NCBI GenBank assembly: GCA_964406145.1
Contig: CAYOQP010000007.1
Coordinates: 1 to 40,051 of the forward strand
Reading direction: 5' to 3'
Length of the DNA: 40,051 nt
Source: an uncultured Candidatus Saccharibacteria bacterium
Lineage (GTDB): Bacteria; Patescibacteriota; UBA1384; XYA2-FULL-43-10; 1-14-0-10-43-13
Below the pieces are notes generated by a model, which was not told the DNA's origin, did not search any database, and worked only from the letters and a program-made list of their open reading frames with translations. The translations under genes and the position numbers were made by a program. The stretch's first letter is position 1, and each line of letters opens with the position of its first letter. Positions 8,498 to 15,945 of this stretch are shown piece after piece.

Positions 8498-9304
8498 ATG
8501 CAACATCATGGCAGAAAAATTTTTGAAATCCTAGAGATGTCTTTAACCACTTTTTGCGCACCTGCTACCGCACTGGCCCTATCAATTTTATTCGATCTGA
8601 GAATTTCTTGGCAATTTCTATTACTTATAACAATTTTGCCATTTATAATATATTTTTTTGATTATTTTGATGATGAAGGAATAAAGGAATTCAGATCTAG
8701 AAAACTCATAGTCTGGATTCTTGTGTTTCTAATTCTCATTTCTTTGTACATTGTTATCGTTTACAGCAATTTAACAACCTTACTGTTTTTTGCAATGCTT
8801 TTACTTCTTGGTATACTCTACCCGCTAATATTCAAAAAGATAACTCAAAAAATCGTGGGGTTTAAAGACTACTTTGTCGCATTAAATTGGAATTTTTTAA
8901 TTATATTTTATTTCTGTTTCTTTGGAATAAATTTGACCTCTGGATTACTTTTTATGTTAGTTTTTATTTTTATACGAGACATGATCAACGTAAATTATTG
9001 CGACATTAAAGACATACATCAAGACAAAAATATTGGACTTAAAACAATAGCAATGAGTCTGGGCAGAAAGAGAATTTTGCTACTAATACACTGGGGCAAT
9101 TTTTTAAGTATACTTATGTTGATCACTGGAATTTGGTTAAAAATTATTCCGATTCAATCAATATCTCTTCTAATACCGGTAATATTAATTTGGATGCTTA
9201 TTTTTCTTTCATCATTAAAGAACAAATTTAACACTTTCATCGTGGATCTAGAATATCCACTATGGTTAATTGTTATTATCTTGGGAAAGGTTCTGCTAAA
9301 ATGA
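8498..9304 (+). CDS. UbiA-family prenyltransferase
   Basis: Multi-TM protein; Asp motifs DYFDDE and DIKDIHQD followed by GLKT..LG; FKD in the central loop. Start moved from 8225 (overlaps the opposite gene) to 8498. Confidence 0.85.
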   Translation: MQHHGRKIFEILEMSLTTFCAPATALALSILFDLRISWQFLLLITILPFIIYFFDYFDDEGIKEFRSRKLIVWILVFLILISLYIVIVYSNLTTLLFFAMLLLLGILYPLIFKKITQKIVGFKDYFVALNWNFLIIFYFCFFGINLTSGLLFMLVFIFIRDMINVNYCDIKDIHQDKNIGLKTIAMSLGRKRILLLIHWGNFLSILMLITGIWLKIIPIQSISLLIPVILIWMLIFLSSLKNKFNTFIVDLEYPLWLIVIILGKVLLK

Positions 9305-10968
9305 GTGTCGACCTGAACACAATAAAAGAATTGTTCCTTGTTGTTGTAATAATCCTCTCCCTTGTCTTGGGATTATCAATTTTATTGGCGAACAGGCAAT
9401 CAAAAAAACATATCTTTTTCTTTTTATCTTGCGTTTCTATGATTTTTTGGGTGACATTTGGTGATATAATTTATATTGAAGCATTCAGAAATTATCTAAC
9501 ACCCATAGGCAGAGCCAACCTTTTATCTGTAGCGCTTTTTTTGGTTTTTATACATGGATTTGTCGCCAACTATCCCGAAGATCAAGCAAAATGGAGAAAG
9601 ATTGATATTGTCTACATGGCGGCAGGAATATTATTGGCAATTATTACCTCTTTTTCCCCTTTTGTAGTAAAAGAGATCAGATTAAGCGGCAGCGACAGAA
9701 TATGGGATATGGGATTAATGATGTACCCTTATTATGCTTACGCAATATCTACAACATTTATTGTCGTGGCCAGATTACTTCGAAGATATGTCGGATCTTC
9801 CGATATTGACAAAATAAAAATTCGATACTTCTTTAGCGGTCTTTTAATTTTGGGGTTGTCAAATATTGTTTTTAACGTACTGGTACCATTATTTTTCTCA
9901 AATGATGGCCTTTATTGGTTGGGAGATTTCTCCTTAATATTTCTCCTTGCATTTACAGGTTATGCGATAGTCAAATATCGAGCATTCAATATCAAATTAA
10001 TTGCTACTGAAACTATTGTAATAGTCCTTTCAATTTTGCTCTTGGTAGAAAGTTTTACATTCAATAACAATTCGACTGAGTTTGTTCTGAAACTATTAGT
10101 ATGGATAATAGCAACATATGCTGGTTTACAGCTCGTTAAAAGTGTCCGCAAGGAAATTGAGCAGAAAGAAAAATTAGCGGCTCTTTCCAAGGAGCTTGAG
10201 AAGGCCAACCTCCATCTAAAGGAGATTGATAAGCTCAAGGACGACTTCTTGTCCATGGCATCGCACGAGCTTAATACTCCTATCGCCGCTATCGAAGGCT
10301 ACCTATCAATGATTCTTCAAGAAGGTATCGGCGGTAAGATTCCAGCAAAAACCCGCGAATATCTCGAAAGCGTCTTTCTCTCATCACAAAGATTGGCCCA
10401 CTTGGTTAAGGACTTACTTAATGTTTCTCGTATCGAGTCTGGGCGTATCCATATTATTTATGAGCAGAAACAAGTCGAAGATATTATCGATCAAGCCATC
10501 ATGGAAGTGATGTCCAAGGCGCGAGAAGCAAAACATACACTGACTTTCGTGAAGCCAAAGAAGAAAATGCCGATGACATGGATAGACGTCACTAGAATCA
10601 CTGAGATACTGATTAATATTATGGGAAATTCGATCAAGTACACGCCCAATGGTGGTAAGATCACTGTAAAATGTGTTAATGATGACGAAAAAATTGTTGT
10701 TTCGGTCGAAGATAACGGTAAGGGTATCCCGAAAGAGCGAGCCAAGGCTGTCTTTGAGAAATTCACACAGGTTGATGTCATGAAAGATGAAGTCAAGGGC
10801 ACAGGATTGGGCATGTACATAGCTAAAAAGTTCATCGAGCTGATGCACGGCAAAATCTGGTTCAAGTCCGATGGTGCTGGCAAAGGTTCCACATTTTATT
10901 TTTCTCTTCCAATTCTTAAAAACAAACCGTTCGATCCTCACGAAGGTGAAGACGCAGTCTTGCATTAA
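9301..10968 (+). CDS. Sensor histidine kinase with N-terminal HisKA_7TM-like domain
   Basis: Multi-TM N-terminus; H-box FLSMASHELNTP, N-box NIMGNSIKY, G1 DNGKGI, F-box VFEKF, G2 GTGLG. ATG at 9301 overlaps the ubiA stop (ATGA). Confidence 0.93.
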   Translation: MSVDLNTIKELFLVVVIILSLVLGLSILLANRQSKKHIFFFLSCVSMIFWVTFGDIIYIEAFRNYLTPIGRANLLSVALFLVFIHGFVANYPEDQAKWRKIDIVYMAAGILLAIITSFSPFVVKEIRLSGSDRIWDMGLMMYPYYAYAISTTFIVVARLLRRYVGSSDIDKIKIRYFFSGLLILGLSNIVFNVLVPLFFSNDGLYWLGDFSLIFLLAFTGYAIVKYRAFNIKLIATETIVIVLSILLLVESFTFNNNSTEFVLKLLVWIIATYAGLQLVKSVRKEIEQKEKLAALSKELEKANLHLKEIDKLKDDFLSMASHELNTPIAAIEGYLSMILQEGIGGKIPAKTREYLESVFLSSQRLAHLVKDLLNVSRIESGRIHIIYEQKQVEDIIDQAIMEVMSKAREAKHTLTFVKPKKKMPMTWIDVTRITEILINIMGNSIKYTPNGGKITVKCVNDDEKIVVSVEDNGKGIPKERAKAVFEKFTQVDVMKDEVKGTGLGMYIAKKFIELMHGKIWFKSDGAGKGSTFYFSLPILKNKPFDPHEGEDAVLH

Positions 10969-10970
10969 AA

Positions 10971-11417
10971 ATGATTAAAGATTTTTCGTTTGGCGTAATC
11001 CCCACATATAGAGATCCCAATACAGATCAGCTCCTTTTTCTATTGATCCATCACACCGGCGAGAGTGGCTATTGGGGTTTTCCCAAGGGTCACAAAGAGG
11101 GCAAGGAGACCAACATCGAGGCGGCAAGGAGAGAACTCGTGGAGGAAACAGGTATTTACGAAGTGAATATTATTGACGAGCCAGCACTTGAAGATAGATA
11201 TTTTTTCGAAAGAGATAAAATAAAATATGATAAAATCGCTACTTTTTATATCGGCACATTGGCCTCACAGCCAACCTTGGAGTTACAGCTAACAGAGATC
11301 GACGAAGCTGGGTGGTACGATTTTGAAACAGCTTATGAACTTCTGACTTTTGACACCTTAAAAGAAATAATAAAAAAAGCCAACCAGTGGCTTATCGATA
11401 ATAAAATATCTCTTTAA
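10971..11417 (+). CDS. NUDIX hydrolase (Ap4A-hydrolase-like)
   Basis: WGFPKGHKEGKETNIEAARRELVEETG Nudix box. Confidence 0.9.
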   Translation: MIKDFSFGVIPTYRDPNTDQLLFLLIHHTGESGYWGFPKGHKEGKETNIEAARRELVEETGIYEVNIIDEPALEDRYFFERDKIKYDKIATFYIGTLASQPTLELQLTEIDEAGWYDFETAYELLTFDTLKEIIKKANQWLIDNKISL

Positions 11418-12220
11418 AGCTTTATTTTGTCTAATTTATCCTCGCTCTTTGAGGATTTTTCTTTTGATACCGTACTCGCAAGAAAGATCAAAAGAAATCC
11501 GATTACCAAAGCAGAGATAAATTCGATAGTAAAATAGAATGATTCCTTAGATAGAGCAACGGAGATAGCCTTATTCAATCCATTGATCAACTTTGGATCC
11601 TCGAAAAACTGTATTTTGTTAGTAAAATTAGAAATATAAGTCGGGACGACTGAAGACAAGAGATATATTGCCAAGACCAATACAATCGAAATGCCGATTA
11701 AAGCCGAGCCAAGCCAGATAAATTTAGAGCGGAATCCGTCTGCCATAAGTAAAATAAGACCGAGAATAAAGATAGCCAGAGTCCCCAAAACGATCAATAT
11801 GAGATTGATGTTTTTCAAGACGACAAAAGCAAGATTATTGTTTAGATTGAGAGTTTTTTGAAAAGATAAATTTTTATCGCCATACTTAAAAATAATGGGG
11901 AAAGTCATGGTGTCGGAACCACTTTCGATGGCCAAGAAAACATTGTCAATCGTCTTGTCGATAACCGGCTGAACAGTTTTTCCATTAATATCCTGATTCA
12001 ATTTTTCAAAATTAGCACCTTCATCGACGGAAAGGCCTGATTTTTTGACAATATCGTCCTTGATATATGCGGCAGCAATATCGTAAAAATTCGCCTCCTT
12101 GATAACACCTTTGACTGAGTCTTTATTAATTAAAGCAACTTTTGTATTAAAAGCGACGAAGAAAATAGCGGCAATTGAGACAAATATAATTAAAAAGATT
12201 AAAGCAAAAAAATTTTTCAT
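11414..12220 (-). CDS. Hypothetical membrane protein
   Basis: N-terminal TM, soluble domain, three further TM segments. Confidence 0.75.
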   Translation of the reverse strand: MKNFFALIFLIIFVSIAAIFFVAFNTKVALINKDSVKGVIKEANFYDIAAAYIKDDIVKKSGLSVDEGANFEKLNQDINGKTVQPVIDKTIDNVFLAIESGSDTMTFPIIFKYGDKNLSFQKTLNLNNNLAFVVLKNINLILIVLGTLAIFILGLILLMADGFRSKFIWLGSALIGISIVLVLAIYLLSSVVPTYISNFTNKIQFFEDPKLINGLNKAISVALSKESFYFTIEFISALVIGFLLIFLASTVSKEKSSKSEDKLDKIKL

Positions 12221-12256
12221 TTGATTATATTATACACCAATTTAGATAGTGGTAAT

Positions 12257-12871
12257 CTAGGCCTGAAAAGTAATTCTCTTATATACTGCCCGAGTGGCCT
12301 CGACGTCTCGTTTGCAATATTCGGCAATTTCATCGACTTTTCCAGCCAGAAAATAATCGTAGACTTTGGAACCATCAATCCCCTCCTCCTTTGGCGACGT
12401 AATCCCCAAGGCAGTCGTCAAGCGATGCAAACTAACTCCCTGTGAGCCCCATTTTTCCCATTCTTTCATCGTGTCAAAAATTGGCTCAGAGCGATATCGA
12501 GCAAAACTGATTTCTCGACTTGGACGAATACCATGGATGATTGACCGCTTAAAGATAAAACGCAAATCAAATTCCATTAGATTGTGACCAACGAAAAGGT
12601 GCGCATCCTTAGCGATAGCCCAAAATTTGCGCAAAATTTCCTTTTCATCACCAACAAGGCATTCGGTTTTTTCATTATCAATAGCGTAACCAATACAAAT
12701 AATTCGGCCAAATTCTCCTTGAAATGAGGTATTACGAAAAAAATTCTCAAAATCAGATTCTTTTTTATCTTTTTGAGGATTTTTGGCTTTGGCATCTTGC
12801 CAAAGTTTCTTCAGCGTCGGAATGTCTTCGCCAGCCGCCGGGATTGTCTCGATGTCCAAAAATAATTTCAT
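12257..12871 (-). CDS. PolB-like/RNase H-fold 3'-5' exonuclease
   Basis: ExoI LDIET, ExoII GHNLMEFD, ExoIII YCKRDV; SD AAGGAG. Confidence 0.88.
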   Translation of the reverse strand: MKLFLDIETIPAAGEDIPTLKKLWQDAKAKNPQKDKKESDFENFFRNTSFQGEFGRIICIGYAIDNEKTECLVGDEKEILRKFWAIAKDAHLFVGHNLMEFDLRFIFKRSIIHGIRPSREISFARYRSEPIFDTMKEWEKWGSQGVSLHRLTTALGITSPKEEGIDGSKVYDYFLAGKVDEIAEYCKRDVEATRAVYKRITFQA

Positions 12872-12946
12872 TTTCTCCTTATTCTAGTCTGGATCTTAGT
12901 TTACCAAGAGATCGCATTTTTGCAAAGCAAAATATCGAATAAAACA

Positions 12947-12975
12947 TTGACATTTGAGCTCATTTGCGATATAAT
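12947..12975 (+). promoter_or_regulatory. Perfect sigma70 promoter of rnpB
   Basis: TTGACA-17 nt-TATAAT. Confidence 0.85.
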
Positions 12976-12981
12976 ATCTAA

Positions 12982-13306
12982 GCTTTAAGTAAAGCAGACG
13001 GCAGCCCTTTCGGGGGAGGAAAGTCCGGGCACCATAGAGTAGAACGCTCGTGAAAATGAGTGGGCAGTGATGTCCAAGAACAGCGCAACAGAAAATATAC
13101 CGCCTTGGCGCAAGTCGAGGTAAGGATGAAATCGTGAGGTAAGAGCTCACGCGCTCGCATGGCAACATGCGTTTGTGGCAAGCCTCGTTCGGTGCAAGTG
13201 AAGTGGACTAAATGTATTAATTCTCTACTCGAGAAGATACAAATAGTCTTCACGCTTAGATAGATTGTCGTCCTTGACAGAACCCGGCTTATGATTTACT
13301 TTTAGC
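12982..13306 (+). ncRNA. rnpB: RNase P RNA (bacterial type A, reduced)
   Basis: GAGGAAAGTCC and ACAGAACCCGGCTTA (P4 halves), ACAGAAA, GGTAAGAG; P1 AAGTAAA/TTTACTT; P6 GAGTA(13037-41)/TACTC(13226-30). End coordinates approximate. Confidence 0.96.
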
Positions 13307-13347
13307 ATAACCCCCTTTGAGGCCCAACACTGGGCAACCAGTGGGGT

Positions 13348-13374
13348 AACACCTCGGCTTTGCCGGGGTGTTTT
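13348..13374 (+). terminator. Intrinsic terminator after rnpB
   Basis: AACACCTCGGC-ttt-GCCGGGGTGTT followed by TT. Confidence 0.75.
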
Positions 13375-13394
13375 AAATATGCTCATTTTTACCA

Positions 13395-13423
13395 TTGACA
13401 AAAAAGTATAATAATTATATAAT
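13395..13423 (+). promoter_or_regulatory. Perfect sigma70 promoter of the GC-rich orphan gene
   Basis: TTGACA-17 nt-TATAAT. Confidence 0.8.
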
Positions 13424-13482
13424 ATATAGCATCGCAGCTAGTTGTGCTGCACTTCCACTCCGTCCACAAAGGAGGACCCTCT

Positions 13483-13863
13483 ATGCGGAAGTTTTTCCTG
13501 TTTGCCGTGATGACGGCAATGCTCACTCTGGCGCTTGCCTGCATGGCGGCTGAGGCGGCACCCGTCGTCAAAACACCCACACAGGCGGCAATGACATGTG
13601 AAGGCACCTTCGGGTGCTTCTTCGGCTCGATGGAGAACGACAATTACAAGATCGAGGCTTCCTCGTTCGAGCCATTCGTGACCATCATCGCCGAGCCGAT
13701 GCCGCGCTCCTACTGGGCCGCCGACAAACCGACCATCCCCTTTCTGGGGCTGACCGTTCTCGGTCCCAAGGCCGTACCGCCACACGGCTGGTACGAAAGT
13801 TACGTCGTGATCGACGCCATCCCCCTCACAGAGGCGGAAATGCGCGCCATTCACGCGCCGTAA
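13483..13863 (+). CDS. GC-rich orphan secreted protein (126 aa)
   Basis: AAGGAGG SD before ATG 13483; Sec signal MRKFFLFAVMTAMLTLALACMAAEA; own promoter and 3' hairpin. Confidence 0.8.
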   Translation: MRKFFLFAVMTAMLTLALACMAAEAAPVVKTPTQAAMTCEGTFGCFFGSMENDNYKIEASSFEPFVTIIAEPMPRSYWAADKPTIPFLGLTVLGPKAVPPHGWYESYVVIDAIPLTEAEMRAIHAP

Positions 13864-13894
13864 CCACAATATCGCCAGAGCGAAAAGGATTTTC

Positions 13895-13921
13895 AGGCCG
13901 CTGCAAGGATGCAGCGGCTTT
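13895..13921 (+). terminator. Terminator-like hairpin after the orphan gene
   Basis: GCCGCTGCA-agga-TGCAGCGGC followed by TTT. Confidence 0.65.
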
Positions 13922-13986
13922 GGCATTTTACAACCTGATCTTATTGAAATAATGCGTATTTTAGGTTAAAATAAATCGAAATATGA

Positions 13987-14060
13987 TCGGGGATCGTCTA
14001 GTGGCAGGACAGCGGCCTTTGAAGCCGTGAACCATGGTTCGAATCCATGTCCCCGAGCCA
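13987..14060 (+). tRNA. tRNA-Gln (TTG), CCA encoded
   Basis: Acceptor TCGGGGA/TCCCCGA, anticodon arm GCGGC-CTTTGAA-GCCGT, T-arm CATGG-TTCGAAT-CCATG, discriminator G. Confidence 0.95.
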
Positions 14061-14110
14061 TGGAAAGTGCTCAACCTTAGTGTTGAGCTTTTTTCATGGT
14101 TTCAGATTGA

Positions 14111-14223
14111 ATGAATTCGAACGGGAAGGGGTCGGGAAACGGGAGTTTCCCGTGCAGGAAAATACTAAAAACCGTGGGTTTTTAGAAGCCTGAAAGGCGA
14201 TCGAAATCCATGTCCCCGAGCCA
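14111..14223 (+). repeat. tRNA-associated hairpin element ending in a 19-bp direct repeat of the tRNA-Gln 3' end
   Basis: AATCCATGTCCCCGAGCCA at 14042-14060 and 14205-14223; inverted T-arm copy ATGAATTCGAAC at 14111-14122; three internal hairpins. Confidence 0.8.
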
Positions 14224-14227
14224 AAAG

Positions 14228-14261
14228 AAAAAAGGACCAGTCTCAGGACTAGTCTTTTTTT
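14228..14261. terminator. Bidirectional terminator
   Basis: AAAAAAGGAC-c-AGTC-tcag-GACT-a-GTCTTTTTT. Confidence 0.65.
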
Positions 14262-15291
14262 AGTTCGCCTCGATATCAATGTGTTTAATGTTGGGAATTT
14301 TTTCTATAACTCTATTTTCTATCTCATCTATTTCCCGACCAAGTATTCTGGTAGTTCTATCACATAATCTTGAGGAATATCTAACAAAATCCTGAAAATC
14401 TTTAATGTCTTCATATTCTTCCCTCATATTAATATCACCAAAAATATTCTCCGCCAAATAATGACCGTTCACCTCGATCTCAGCCTTGACGATGAAAACA
14501 TCGACGCCAATAACAAAAGTTTTGAAATCATGTATCTCATCTATCATTTCCTCGGCCAAAAGAGCGTTTTTGATCTTTTCCTTCATGCTTTTGGGTACTG
14601 ATTTATTCAAGATAAAACGTCGATTGACCATCATCAAAAGGATTGAAACAACGCCTAATATTAAGGATACAAACATCGAGCCGATTCCGTCCCAAATCGG
14701 ATTACCTGTGATATGTGTCAAAATCAAAGCAACGGCCGCGACAATAATACCCAAGAGAGCGGCACTATCTTCATAAATTACTGCCAGTATTGTTGGATCT
14801 CCAGAATTTTTAAAATACGCAGAAATACTTTCTCCATTGGCCGCATGTTTTGCTTCTCTAAAAGCAGTGATGAGAGCATAGCCCTCCAGCAAGAATGAAA
14901 CTATAAGGATTACCAAAATCCACATGCTAAAAGATGTGTGTTCCTTGTGAATAATCGAGCCAATGCCATGATAAAAAGTAATGCCCGCACCAACAAAGAA
15001 AATACCACAAGCGCTGATCAAGGCCCAAAAGAATCTCTCTTGTCTGTAACCATATTGATACTCATCATCAGCAGGCCGTTCAGACCTTTTGATACCGAGA
15101 TATAACAAGGATTGATTGGCAGTATCAGCGAAAGAATGGATGCCTTCAGACAACATGACGGATGAGCCAGTCAGGGTCCAGCCAACCATCTTAAGCATGG
15201 CAACGATAAAATTTCCGAAAACAGCTGTGACGACACTCTTTGTTCCTGAGGCTTTATAGGAATGGATTTTGGCTGTTATCGGAATTCTCAT
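14260..15291 (-). CDS. Cation diffusion facilitator family transporter (ZnT9-like subgroup)
   Basis: SEGIHSFADTANQ (TM2 HxxxD), YGYRQERFFWALISA, EDSAALLG, WDGIGS. Confidence 0.9.
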   Translation of the reverse strand: MRIPITAKIHSYKASGTKSVVTAVFGNFIVAMLKMVGWTLTGSSVMLSEGIHSFADTANQSLLYLGIKRSERPADDEYQYGYRQERFFWALISACGIFFVGAGITFYHGIGSIIHKEHTSFSMWILVILIVSFLLEGYALITAFREAKHAANGESISAYFKNSGDPTILAVIYEDSAALLGIIVAAVALILTHITGNPIWDGIGSMFVSLILGVVSILLMMVNRRFILNKSVPKSMKEKIKNALLAEEMIDEIHDFKTFVIGVDVFIVKAEIEVNGHYLAENIFGDINMREEYEDIKDFQDFVRYSSRLCDRTTRILGREIDEIENRVIEKIPNIKHIDIEAN

Positions 15292-15451
15292 CAGAATAAT
15301 TTGAGAGCTTTAATAGTATGTATCCAGTCTACATTATTACATAAAAATTGGCAAAAACGATTATCTTTTATTGACTTATCATGTTTTTTATGTCATTATA
15401 TAATCAGCATTCGGCAAATAATGCAAAATACAAAGACGGAGGGTTTACCAA

Positions 15452-15835
15452 ATGTCGAAGAAAGCCGAAGACCAGTCAGGAGATTTCCTGACTTTCCTGG
15501 AAGATTTCGGACGAGCAATCGATGCCGAGATCTTGAGACTGAAAACAGTCATCGATTCCCCTTGTGATCATGGTGAAGACCATGAACACGCCTGCTTAAG
15601 AAAAGCGGAGATCTTGCCTCTAATGGAAGAACTGCGTGATCTTAATCAGGTAACAAAACAAGCCATTGCTGGCAACAGCACGGAATTCGTAGCCATGAAT
15701 GACGGCCAATCAAAGAAGGTCATCATCGTCCCGACGACATTCCGCGCCTTAATGCTGGCATCCCATCAGGACGACAGCATTGTCCTGATTCACAGGGATT
15801 CACCCCTGGCTCAAAAACTCCTTAACCAATCATAG
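15452..15835 (+). CDS. Hypothetical protein (127 aa) with a His/Cys patch
   Basis: GGAGG SD; CDHGEDHEHAC segment; own terminator. Confidence 0.75.
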   Translation: MSKKAEDQSGDFLTFLEDFGRAIDAEILRLKTVIDSPCDHGEDHEHACLRKAEILPLMEELRDLNQVTKQAIAGNSTEFVAMNDGQSKKVIIVPTTFRALMLASHQDDSIVLIHRDSPLAQKLLNQS

Positions 15836-15903
15836 GATTGGTATCGGCCGACATTGGATGTCGTCGAAAAGAAAGACAAATCAACGCATAAATGTTGTTG
15901 CCG

Positions 15904-15936
15904 CCCCGGACAAGCAGGTCCAGGGGTTTTCTTTTT
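15904..15936 (+). terminator. Intrinsic terminator
   Basis: CCCCGGAC-aagcag-GTCC(A)GGGG followed by TTTTCTTTTT. Confidence 0.65.
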
Positions 15937-15945
15937 ATAGAACAA

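Noticed and set aside
9262-9300. Upstream start of the kinase ORF
   Set aside because: ATG 9301 gives a classic ATGA overlap; the extension lies within ubiA.
7390-9304. Archaeal-type ether lipid pathway (DGGGP synthase plus reductase)
   Set aside because: No GGGP synthase, G1P dehydrogenase or polyprenyl synthase in the window, and the context is receptors. It cannot be excluded without the whole genome.
12896-13253. ORFs of 90 and 91 aa on the minus strand
   Set aside because: They are antisense to RNase P RNA.
13438-13952. Overlapping 162-aa (-) and 112-aa (+) ORFs
   Set aside because: Shadow frames caused by high GC; only the 13483 frame has a promoter, SD and signal peptide.
14060-14223. 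Prophage or genomic island at tRNA-Gln
   Set aside because: Only ~144 bp lies between the repeats, with no integrase or cargo; reported as a mini-element instead.
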